Of a stretch of DNA of 64,000 nt, positions 26,403 through 38,900 are shown piece by piece. Origin of the DNA: Setoptus koraiensis (lineage: Eukaryota; Animalia; Arthropoda); NCBI GenBank assembly GCA_048013815.1, contig CM106586.1, forward strand, positions 13,950,001 to 14,014,000. The letters run 5' to 3'. The stretch's first letter is position 1. Each line of letters begins with the position of its first letter. A model generated the notes under the pieces. That model had not been told where the DNA came from. It saw nothing but the letters and a program-made list of their open reading frames with translations, and did not search any database. The position numbers and the translations under genes were made by a program.

Positions 26403-26474
26403 GCTGCAAATGGCTGCCAGTCTGGCAAACTGCTGCCAGTGTGCCAGTTTGCCAGACTGGCAGCCATTTGCAGC
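26403..26474. repeat. Perfect 30-bp inverted repeat with 12-nt loop (72-nt hairpin)
   Basis: gctgcaaatggctgccagtctggcaaactg (26403-26432) is the exact reverse complement of 26445-26474. Confidence 0.95.
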
Positions 26475-29400
26475 GGCAGCCAGCTCGAACAACAATCGAT
26501 CATGCTGGCGTCCATCATCTTTGAGAGTTGATCTTGCTGGCGCGCTGTACTTAGAGAAATAGCCGAGTTGTCGCTGCAAGTGGCAAATCCGACGACTCGA
26601 TTCCGACACGAGAGGCACAAGTTCATTCATTAACACTGCCACTGCATGGCTACAAATTGGCGCCGTGCCTCATTTAGTCAAATTGTCTGCTGCCACTGGC
26701 AATGCTGGCAGCTCTTGCCCGGTTGGCCCGGTACCCGGCCGATGGTGCCGGCAACCGGGCTCGCTGCTTGCTGAGGCTCAGCTGAGGCCGCCGCCGGCCA
26801 ACAAGACGCCGGGCCCCAGCAGTCGATAAACGATCGATCACCGGCATCCATGTTAACTGTGCCACTGGCACCCATAGGAATAATAAGAATGTAAGTGGGG
26901 CCAACATTGGCCCGCCGCTATTATGCCGCCGCTGTGTGCACTGTCTGCCAGCCAACAACCGGATGATCAATGATTGTTGTTGAGCCGATGTTATCATTGT
27001 TGCCGGCCCGGCCCCACACACAGCGAAGCTGGCAAAAAACTTTCAACTGGCGCCCAACATAAATCGCTAATCCTAATCACTCTCGCCAATCCCGGCCGCA
27101 CAATAACAACGCGCCGATATGTATGTAATGCGATAAAACGGACAACACAATATACATTACACACAATATTACATACATACAGCGACAATTGCCCGGCAAG
27201 ACGGCAGTGGTCTGGTCAGCAGTGGCCAGTGAGTTGTTTGCTGTCATGGGTGCCAGCGCCAAGACCATAAACACCAACGATATGTATTGTTGTGTAATTT
27301 AATATTACGGCCGGGCCGGCCATTGTGTCACCGGCGGCGGGCGCATTGTCGTCACTTAAAAAATTGATACGCAAAATTTGGCCGGGCCGGCGCCATGTTT
27401 GCGTATCGCGCCGCGCACTGGCTCGCCTCACTGGCCTCGCTGCAGTTTGGACCCCTGCACCGCCTAGCGGGGGCCGGCGAAGGCCATTGAAGGCAGTGGA
27501 GTAAAATTAAAATGAAAAAAGCGAGCTCTTTTGTAAATAATTTCTGCCTTTGTACGACACAAATTCCAAATTCCCTTTCACTGGGGCGCCACAGCGCGAG
27601 AGATAAGAACGCTCGTCATCGAATCATCTTTTGAATCATGATGGATTCGTCGTGCGCTGTGTGTAATAGTGTTACAAAGAACGTTAGAGAACGCGCGCCA
27701 GAAAGCGCAAAGAGAAATTATAAATTCTTTTCTCATGTGTGTGTGCGCCCTCGCAAGTGTGTAGCGTTGCATTTTTGGGCCTCATTTTTGGGCCTCATTT
27801 ACACACACGCACGCACACGCACACAGCGGCATTGGCCGGCACGCACACCATCATCGATGATCTATTGAAATGGGAAACAGCATTGATAAATATATTGATA
27901 TCAATGTGCATTTAGCACAAAAGGATACAAAAGTATTGCGACACTTTTATCTGGAAGTGCATCCAGCGACAACAACGCCGACTGCAGCGACAGCGGTGCG
28001 ATTAACGCGCGATGATACACCAATGCATAGTAATACTTTTTGACCGGCCGGCACCGTTATCCCGCCCGCTCTTGGGTACCGAGATAAATATCACTGGGGC
28101 CCACAACAAGTTGCGATACGTGGCGCGAATAGCGTATCTGTTTCAAAGGATCTCTCCGTCTGTGCGCGTTTGTGTGTCTGGACTGAATTTAATTTCTCTC
28201 TCAAATGACCATTACGTCTGCGGGCCTCAGCGGTTTGGGGCCCGCATCGTGCCAGCACCGGCCCAGTTATGAAATGCCGGCCGGCCGGCTGGCCGTATAA
28301 AAGGGCGTGTGTGAGCGACGAAAAAGGGGCCCTTTTCATGCCTGAAAGAAGATTGATCACACTCACTACAAGTTGGACATAAATTCAGACATCATTCAGT
28401 CAGCTGGCAGGCGGCTAGCCAGAAATGATACCGATGATGAACAAATATAAATACAATATATGCGCCATATAACGATAGCGATCATAAACAGTCCGTGCGA
28501 CACACACACACTGCAACAACAACAAATGAACCTATTCCGCACTGTTTGGCACTGTTTGCTTTGAGCGGCGCTATTTCCGGTTACAATTTAATATTGATCG
28601 ATTAGCTCAAGTGAATAACTGATTTAATATGGCTGACGCGCATAATGATATTGCCATGCATCAGCGGGCAGCCGCTCGGCGGGGCCGGCTTCGCGGGCCG
28701 GATGACGGCGACCAACACTGACAGGCCGCCAACGACAGCGCGCCAGCATACCGGCGGTCTTAGATACTTGCACACAAGCCGACGGATGATCCCCGAGGAG
28801 CGATCTTGCTCGGCTTGGCTGGCCCAGCCGACTTGAGAGGCCGGCAACTTATTATTATATAAACAGTGGTGTAAATCAGTGAAGGATCACACCATCAGTA
28901 CATAAGAACCCGCTCACCCGGCTCGTGACAGGTGATTCATTTTGTTGTTGTCGTTGCTTTATTTGCTCGCGTTGCTGCTGCGTGTCGCGTTGCTGTGTGT
29001 CGCACGGGCCAGATTGTCGGCCCGCGCTGCCGCAAACAAGTTGCGGGCCTCAGCCGGGGCCCGGCGCTCGGGCAACTTGTTTGCAGCGCCGGTCACACGC
29101 CCGGCTGTAAGACTGCCTATAGAGATAGGCAAGCTTGCTTGTATGGGGTATTCGCGTACGTACGCGGCCCGGCCCGGCCTATACAAATACCGTGGTGGTA
29201 CAAATATGTACCGTCGCTGAGGCCAGTGTCACCTAAATCGTGATGCGGGTCCCCGTGGACAGAGGGCGCCACTGCGACCGTGCAGGGCAACAAATCGGGC
29301 ACAACTGGCGAATCGCGGGCACAGTTGGCACACCGGGCACAATTGGCACACCGGGCACAATTGGGCCCCACAACCAGTGAGGCCCCATCGGAGGCGAGCG

Positions 29401-29943
29401 GCAAAAAACGGTGAGCCTCACAAAGTGAGGCGGACACATAAATAGCCCGCTATTTGTACTGTGTAATATATTGCCATCGCGCTCGGCGATGTAACACGGT
29501 ATGCGATATAATATAGTGTGTATAATATAATATCACACAATTAAACACGCAGCGGCGCCCAGATAAAGGAAGCGACGGGGCCCCGATCGTCATGCTTGTC
29601 GAAGGGAGGCGCTAACAAGCGAGATAACAATGCCCGCCAGCAGCGGCGCCACTCAGTTTATCTCTGGGCTGGCGAGCGGGCCCCGTTAGCCTGCCGCTCG
29701 CCGCTGTCAAACGGTCTGTCAGACGGCGATATCATGGTGACGCAGATAATATCATGTAACAATAGGTGCGCACAATGCCGGCGCCTCCGTTGTCGGTGTT
29801 GCTGTTGTTGGTTACATAACATCGTTCGTTCGGCTATCGCCATATTGACACATTGGCACATTGGCACTTTGGATTGTTGGCTCGTTGGCACCTGTAATAA
29901 CCGTTATATAAGTGGCGTAACGGGCGATAGTTTTTGCCGGGGC

Positions 29944-29978
<35 letters not shown>

Positions 29979-32091
29979 CAACAACTATATACAAACATGC
30001 ATTTGCAATTTGCAGCGCGCACGACATTGCACGGTGGCTCGAGTTGATTTGAGTCGAGTTGATTGGCGATAATTGCCGACAATCAAGTTTATTTTCTTTG
30101 TTTGTTACCCGGGCGCCCCTGCCGTCGTCGCCGCCGCCGCCGCACTTGCCCGCTCTAATCTGGCCACCCTCAACCCAAACTTCATTAGCTTGATAATTTG
30201 GGCCGTTGTTGTGCCGGCGCCCATTTTGGCCGCTCATGGGCGCCCATTTCGGCGACTGGTGGGCGCCCGTTTCGGCGACTGGTGGGCGCAGATTAAATGT
30301 GTGTGTGTGTGCGTGTCTAGCCAGGAGCCCCAGTTTGACACGAGTGCCATCTATCGCGGGCGTGCTGAACTGCCCAGGCCGGGCCGGCTCGAGCGACAAG
30401 CGTGAAAGCGTCAATTTTTGCCCAAACGCCTCCAAAGAGCCCACTCGTGCGGCCTAAACAAACCTATTATTTAAGAGCCGAGCCGCCATTTTACAACAAA
30501 CGGTCGGCGCCTCACATGAAGTGACTGGCTCCGCTCTGGCGACACTTTCGGGCCGAGGGGGCCGGTTGAACGACAGCTCGACAACTGTGACAAGTGCATC
30601 AGCGCCAGGTACAAAATGTTCCGAATAATAATTGTGATCGATATTCATTCAATTAGAATTTCGCTCGCAATTTCACACACCAGGGCACACGGGGCCCCGG
30701 GCCCCCAACGAAGCGTAAATTGATTTATGGTATTTTGAGTTGTGTGGAAAAGTCACACCTCGCTCTGCAGTGTTTGTCGCTGTGACGCTTAAGTCGACGG
30801 CAATTTTGACAAAACGCCTGGCTCTCTCTCTCTCGCTTTTGACAAAATGCCTGCCCTCTGATTTGCACCCTGATGCACAACAAAAACAAGCATCGGCAGC
30901 AATAGCAATTTTGACAAAAAATCGCGTGAAAAAAAAAGGGAAAAAATAAAAAATAAACTCGCACCCGGCGCTGCTGACAAACACAAAAAGAATCACGTCA
31001 AGATCGATAAATGGGCGCGTGTATCTATTGCAGCTCGCCAGCCAGCCAGCTCGCTTTGTTCTGCAAATGACAACCGGTGGGGCTTCCCGGCTTGCCGGAT
31101 ATACGGATATATCGGCTATGTTAGCTGAGAGAATGTTCAGAGAGATTTGGGGCGAAATTTGTGTGTGCCGTGTCTGGACACGGATATTAACAGCTGAATA
31201 AATATGAATTTAATCTTTTTACCTATTGCCTGTCGCAGGCTCATTTTTGTCGCGGCTCGGCCTGCCAGCTCATAGAGTGACTCAGATAAATAAATAAGTG
31301 TCGTCATGATGCGCCAATTTCAATAGCTAGTCAGCCAGCCAAACCATATTGAATTTTCTATTATTTGTCAGCGGATATTTATGTTTGGTGTGCACAGCTT
31401 TGGACGACTTTATTTTTGCGCTCTGTCGGAAAAAAACGGGTCGCATGGGCGATGCGAGCGACTCTCGATGCCGCATTGACCGAGACGGTCTCTCTCTGTC
31501 GCCCACTGGCGCCCCTATCACACAATGGACGAGGTCGCGGTTGGCGAGACAATTGCGGGCTGGGTGGCCCGTTCGGCACACGGACATAAATATTAGCTGT
31601 CCAATTTGACACTCTCGTATAATGTCAATAACAGAGCATATTTTATTTTATATACTATTGGAATCATGCGTTTATTTATCGCCCCTCTACGTTTGTGTCA
31701 ATAAGCCCTGACCGTTATGGGGCGCCCCAATATAAAATTGGAGCATCTGGGCGAGACATTTATGCAAACGACGTGTCATGTCATGTCATTACGTGTGGCC
31801 ACCGCAAACGGACGCTCGCCGGCCCGCCGGCCCGCCGACACTGCAACAGCCAAATAGAGCAAACGATGCAGCCAATGGCAGCAAGCCGCATATCGCCCTA
31901 AATACCGGCATAAATACAAACCAACCGGCGCCCCCTCAAATGTAAATTGTGCCGCCAGTTGGTTATGATTTTATTATCGTTTGTTTTCGCCCCTCTCGCT
32001 TTATATTATATTCAGTGTTATTACTGTTATTATCAATTCAAACCGGCCCCACTGGGCCCCTGGCTGCCGCCGGCACCAATTGACGCTGGCT

Positions 32092-32154
32092 CATTGATAT
32101 TATTCAAATGATTGTCGGCCCATTGATATTATTCAAATGATTGTGGGCCCATTG
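32092..32154. repeat. 29-nt tandem duplication
   Basis: cattgatattattcaaatgattgt(c/g)ggcc x2. Confidence 0.95.
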
Positions 32155-35100
32155 CAATGGCGCTTGTTGTCGGCTGGAACTGTGCCGGCCACTTGGCCAC
32201 ACTCGACAGCACACGCGCCCGTTGCCACCCCAACAGCTCACCTGGTGGCCGGGCCAGCTAACACGACCAGCAGACTTGGCTGCTCTGTCATCGCCGGAAG
32301 TGTGCGGCCCCAATCGCCTGAGTGTCGCTGGCTGGATGGGGCCCCGCTTTCGTCGGACCGTGCCGGGCATGGGGGGCACTTAATTACAACTCAATAATCA
32401 TTGAGTTGCCAGACAATAGAGGCAGAGGCAGAGAGAGATAGGCAGAGAGGGGCCCAAGACGAGCCACAATTTAGTGTCGCCGAAATGGGGCCCCGTGCCC
32501 GTGTTAAGTTGTATGTTTGCACGCAAACTGTAGACACTTGTCACTTGTCCGCGCCACTTGACTGACATTCCTCACTGGTGTGTGTCGCTTAAATCCCCCA
32601 TTCGCCTCCATGTGCCCCCCAGATAAACGCCAGCTCAGATAGACGCCAGCTCGTGTGGACGCCAGCTCGTGTGGACGCCAGCTCCGATGAACACCGGCTC
32701 AGATAAACACCAAGTCAGCGAGCTGTGTGATCAATCGATCGATCAAGCGCCCATTTTGGGTTGTTGTTGGTGCCGGCGGCCGGCTGATCGGTTGACAGGC
32801 AGCTCTGTGAGAACATGCCGGGCCAAGCCAGTGGATTGGCACGACACTAAGCACTTGTGATTCTTTGATTTTTGTCCACGCAACCATCATCATCATCATC
32901 ATCGCTCATATATCACAGACTGACCATGCTGACAAACGTCGCCAGTTGTCCGGTGGCAGCGGCCCCGGCCCCGGCCTGCCAATAACATTTGGCCGTGTCT
33001 TATAAATGGCACACAAAGAGACTTTGGCAGCCCAAATCTACTTATATCTGCTCATGTCGGCGGCCAGATATTGGCACAGATAGCGCACAAAGTGGCCCAC
33101 TCTTTTTGCGATCTGTCCGAGCGTTTTATCCGAGCGGCCCCCCCCACAACAGAACTGTACTAACTAGGCTATTCTAAACTATTGAAGCTGCACACCATCC
33201 AATTGAACCAAACTGGCCGCTCGGCGGGTCACAATGCGCCTTGCATTATCGTCCAGATTCACGGGTGAATAGTGGCGGTCACACACACACAGTTACGTAC
33301 GGGAAAGAATGAGCAATTAGATGAAATTGCCTCGCGTTGGATGAATAAATATTTGGGGTCCGTCTTAAATTCAATTGATGTGTGTGTGTGTGTGTGTTTA
33401 TTTTGCAAAGAAGCAAAGAAGATAAAAATAAATATTTGCGTTTAGTTGTGCGCGTGCCGAAAAAAACAACAACAACAACACGGCGGCGGCGGCGGCCCGT
33501 TCACGTGCAGTTGCGGCGCGGTGCGGCACGGGCAGCCCGTGTGGGCAGGCCAAGCAACGCGCCAAAGCCACGGCGGTCAGAGGCTTTTTTGTCATAATGG
33601 GTTACGTAAGTGTGCTATTAATGTAATATTACATCTAAATCTATTTTGACAGTGGCACCTTTGCCAGTAGAGAGCGCTGTTTTCACTTCCGTTGTGTATA
33701 ACGCGCGGCCCACTGCGATGACAACAGCACTACATGGATTTATGTGATGACTTAAACACTTTGCCAACTTGGCAGAGAGCGCTACTCCATATATCACAAG
33801 GGGCGAGCAATATATAAATCTAATTTGTCAATAGAGACGACAACTTGTAGTGCGAGCGGGGGGACCCCAAAATGATAAGGCTATAAGTGGTGCCCGTGAC
33901 AGGGCGACTTTGCTGTGTCGGACCGTGCGATCTGTTTGCTTGCAGCTCGCAGACATACAGTGTACATACTTGCAGTGAGTGGTGGTAGCTGCAGTAGTTG
34001 TGTAGTAATGAACAAATACAACGTATCAACGTCACCCCGGATGGTGCCCGAGGGCGCAAATTTTAAATTATAGCCAGCTTGCCCCGAGTGGCGCCGCTCG
34101 CCAGAGCGGCTCGCCTGAACTTGGGCCGACCTCCAACTTCCGGTTTGTCCGTTAGACGGCGTCGGGCCGATATTGGAGACTGTCTAGTAGTCTATCGGAG
34201 AGCGAGCTCACTTTGGCGCTCGTGCCGGTTGCTGTCGCTGGCGTCGCTGTTGTTGTCGCTGCTGTTGTTGTTGCTGCTGCTGCTGTTGTTGTTGGCGTGC
34301 AAAACACGGACGAAGGCGACACGCCAACAACGGCAGCGACAGCAACAACAAGATGCTCGCGACGAGGGCGCAAAACAAGCGGCCAAGACGCACAGGGGCC
34401 CGTGTCACCTAGCGGACAGACAGTGCGCGATACGTGATGTGCGAACTGTGATTTATTTAGTGCGGTGTGTGCCCTATATATTTGTGTTGGACATGCGGAC
34501 TCTCGAGAGGCGCCGAGGTCCGACTTATATAACTGACTGGCTCACTTACGTAAGCCATTGCGCTGGGGCCGCGACGCAACGCTTCGGACGCTGGTGGGCG
34601 CCAGCCTGCTGATTGGAGGCGCCCGGACCCGATCGGGGGGCGTCAGTGTCTGATTGGTGCCGGCCAGTCAGCCGACCAGCCAGCCGACCAGCCAGTCAGC
34701 CGAGCGGCCTGGTGGCCGGCGCCCGAGCGCCGGTGGTATTAAAATCCGGCAAGCAGAAGCCAAGGGCGACCGGGCCGCCAACAGCCAGACAGCGCAAATT
34801 GTAGAGAAAATTTTGGACAAGTGCCAGCCAGAATGGGAGCCATCCATTTGGAGGGGACGCGCGCAATTGATTGGGCCGGCCATATCAGCGATGGCGCAAC
34901 AAACAACTCGCGCCACAGCCAAATGGAATTGGCTGGCAATTGTTGGGAGCGCTAGCCGGATCATAACACGGCGCCACACACTGGCAATCAAGCCATTTCG
35001 AGGCGGCGGCGGCTTATCCCATTGGTTAGATTGGAAGTGGCGGGCGGGGGGGGGCGCGATTTGAGGAACAGTTAAAGTCCTTCTGTCATTGGCACGTACA

Positions 35101-35922
35101 ATTGGCGCTGTTCTTTTCCTTATTCTTCTTCTTCGATTTCTCCCTCTAAATTATTCCTTCTCGCTGGCCGCTGCCGTTCGTCTGCCGACAACCGGTTCGC
35201 ACGCTGGTAATACCAATAAAATTGGGGCGCCGGCGAGCCTCTTTTTGGCCGGCACGGGCCCCGCAAACTGGATAACAATCCACCGACAACAACTGCAACA
35301 ACAAGCGCGGTCATTAGTCTTAATCTGACCGCTGGTCGGAGTTGGCGCCGCCGACCACTTTGCAGTGCACACACACACACTCGGAGGCGCAATTTCTCAA
35401 GGCACGACGAGATTAGAATTCACCTATAATTTAGCTGCTGGCCGCAGCTTGTTTGTCAATCTCTCCAACGAGAGACTCGCTTTATCCCCCGCTCGCCGCC
35501 CTCGGCCTGGCAAGTCTGTCGAGCTGGCAAGTCTGGCTGCCCGGCTAGTCCGGTCAGACTAGCCGGGGCCCCAGAGGGGCCCCCGTGGACGAAACGAGCC
35601 ATTTTCACTTTTAAGCCGGAGCACACACACACAACGGGGACCCCGACACACATACACGCCCAGCCGCAGAGCCGGCCAATGGCCAGCTGGCGACTTGCGG
35701 GCACAAAGGTCGCTAATGAATGTGCAGCAGGCCAGCACACTAACAGATCAGCACCTCCACGGACTAATTAATTACCCGCTGGCCCGCTAAAAATAACAAC
35801 GCCCACCCGCCGACAGTGGCTGCCCGCGCCGCGGCCCCACGGCGACTCGTGCGACCCGCCAACGACATCTACTGCGCGCGTTGGCCCCACGACCGGCCCA
35901 CACTGTGCGCCTCCATCGGGCT

Positions 35923-35997
35923 TCGCTTGTGCGTAAATCGGACCTCGCTTGTGCGTAAATCGGGCCTCGCTTGTGCGTGAATCGGGCCTCGCTTGTG
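35923..35997. repeat. 22-nt tandem repeat x3.4
   Basis: Unit tcgcttgtgcgtaaatcgggcc with 1-nt variants. Confidence 0.95.
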
Positions 35998-38900
35998 AGC
36001 GCACTCGCGGCCGGCCCGGCCCGGCGCGAATGGGCCGCCCGGCACAAGTGGCGCATATGTATATGCGTGTATGTATATTTGTCGCAAGCGGGCACTTTAA
36101 TTTGCCCAACAGCGGCCGGCCCGCGCTGGCAGTTGCCAAATGAGAGCGCGAGCCAATATTGCTTGCCAATTGTTATTTGATTGCATGAGCAATTGCGAGC
36201 ATTTAATTCACTTGCCATTAACAGTGGCAGGCGACAAGAAAGCGAGTCCATCGGCCATCCGCACTCGGCCCCGCTGGCCGCCAGTGGGACTGGCCGGCAG
36301 CGAGGCAAAACAACAACAACAGCAACGACAAAACAATAATAACAACAGTGACTTAGGTTAATCACAAATCTGGCCCCAATTGTCGCCGGGCCCCAATTCG
36401 TCTTGTGCGACGCTCTGTTTTAGTGCGCTCGTGTTTGTGTGCCGGTTTGCATGCGCTCGTGTGTCGCGTCGTGTCGGGCCCCCGCGTTGACGGCATTAAG
36501 TAGTTGCTGCGGCCCCGCTGACCCATTTGAATGGGCCCATTGCCATTTGGTTAGTGACCGGTGGCGCCCGAATGGTGGCGCGCTCGCATTTGCATTCGCA
36601 TGATGGCTTGTTTGCACGAGCACAATGTGCTCGTGCGTCTTGTTGTCGTTGGTGTCGCCGCTGTTGGTGTCGTCGTTGTCGGTGGCGCTGTCGCCGTTGT
36701 TGTTGTCGTCGCCGTTGTCGCCGTTGTTGTCGCTGTGTCGCCGAGCGGGCCCCCATTCGAAATTGCCCATCAGCGCGACGTGTGCGATGGCCAATGATGA
36801 ACACGAGCAGTTGCTCGCCAACGACACGTTACGCAATCATCTGCCGGTCAAACGGCAATGAGTTTGGGGCCCGAAAGTGGGGCCCCTCTCTGGCCCCACT
36901 CTCAGTTGCTGCTGGTCGTTGTCGCGAGCATCGATTAAGCTGGCCAGCCTTAAATCATCGTTGCTGGCCGGCGGCCGAGCCGACCGGTCAGCAACTCGGC
37001 CGCCTGTCCTAGTCACAGTCTAATAATAGCAATAATTGACAATTACAATACAACATCATTACCCATCTACCCGGCCCCGGCAACTGTTAACGCTCAGATA
37101 AGCCGCCCTTGCTCGCTCGCCGGGCCCCATTGCGACCGGGCCCCGTTGCAGCCGGGCCCCGTTGCGGCCGGACCCCAATGCGGCGCTGCCGGCCCGACGC
37201 ACACACATGAGTAGTATTTAATTTGATTTCTGACTTTTTTATTTGTCCCAATCGGCTGGGTGTTCAGTTTGGGGCCCGCTTGTGGCACTCGGTGCGCGCC
37301 ACATTGCATAACGCATGCCACGGCACATACTCGAACCTCGGGCCGGCCGAGCCAAATCAGTGGCAATTGTGCGCAATTTCGAGCGGCCGAAATTCAAGCC
37401 GAGTTGTAATCGCCGACAGTTTTATCAGTAGGCCCCATCGACACATACACATCTCTCAAATGTCCCTTGTCTTTCCACAATCTATCTCCTGACAACGGTT
37501 GCTTGTGAGTCGAGTTGTTGATGGTTGTGCGCCACGCGACTGGCGCAATGTGCATCAGATGGCGCCACCCGCACCACATTGCCCTACACTCCTCACCAGC
37601 GGTCAGCTTACAAGAGGCCGGCGCATCGCGGAAGTCTAATTGGGGCCCCTGCCACCATGCTCTCGCTGCCGTGTGTCCCAATCGGTCGGGTGGCTCCGTC
37701 GGTCGAGTCGCTCTACCCGTCGGGTCGCTCTAGATTGCACTGCGAGGCGTGCGGTCTTGAGATCATATCGTCAATAAATCAGCGGACTGAGGCAGGCATG
37801 TTGTCGGTGTTGTCGTGTTTACTTTCAGACTGAATCTGATTGTGTTTGCCCCGTGTGCCATGGCGCAGGGCTTACCGTGCCGCCAGCGGGACCCGGCACA
37901 AGCCGACAATCCGACAGGCCGGCAATCCGGCGATCCGACAAGCCGACAATCCGCGGGCAGTGATGAGATTTAGCCGGCGGACCCACAAGTGGGCCCCTGA
38001 GTTTGGCCAGTGGGGCCCGTGAGTCTGACCGGTGGGCCGGCTGGCTGGAAAGGTCGCCGGCGAGAGGTCACCGGCAATTGGGGCCAGCGCGCACAATGAG
38101 CGGGCACAATGTGCTTATCTTGCGAGCTTGGCCAAAAATGAATGAATATGAATAACTGGCGTTGCAGTTGGAATGTTTCTCTCCCTCTCTCTCTCGATCA
38201 TCAACATATAGGTTAATCACGGCAAGTTGTTGGTTGCGGGGCACCAGTCATCGGCCATCATTATTATATAGGCTTGCGAAGAAACGATTATCAGTTGAGA
38301 GCTCGCGCCGAGAGCGGCCACACGGCTCGCAGGCAGACAACGGGCGCAGATTAAGCGGGCAAAATCCATTGGGGCCAAGCGGCTGACTGGGCCCCAATGG
38401 CCAGCTTATGGCGGCGCATTAGAGTCATCTTGAGATTGTGTGCGTTGCCATCAATATTTTGGTTTATTTAAGTCGCTTCGCGATGCTCAACTGTGTGTGT
38501 CGCCATGATACAAACACGAGAGGCCGAGCGAGCATTTAATTTATGCCCGGCAGGCAATGGAAATGATACAAGGGATTGATGATATGCCTTGTGTGTGTGT
38601 GTGTGTGTGTTGTTCACGATAACGCCGTCGCGTGTGATTGTCGTCAATTGAATAAATAGATAGCGGCCAGATAGAGATTGGCCCCATGTTAATAATTCGC
38701 CCCATTCTGGGAATGCGCACTCACGCACACGCCAATAGCCGGCAGCATTAGATCGGGGGGGGGGGGGGGCTCATGTTAATAATTCTTGCAACTTTTATTC
38801 GGAGTCTCCTTCGATTGGTGAGGTTATTTGGATATCGACTGGCCGGGCCGGAATAAGCTCAAATTGAGTTTGTCGACGGGCCGGCCGCCGCCGCCGCGTA

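Noticed and set aside
28296-28303. TATAAAAG as a core promoter (another at 8001-8008)
   Set aside because: At 28296 there is no initiator at the expected ~30-nt spacing and no downstream gene. The 8001 site is plausible for the S1A gene but unsupported without TSS data.
35923-35997. Short direct-repeat arrays as CRISPR
   Set aside because: Units are contiguous with no unique spacers, there are no cas genes, and the context is eukaryotic.
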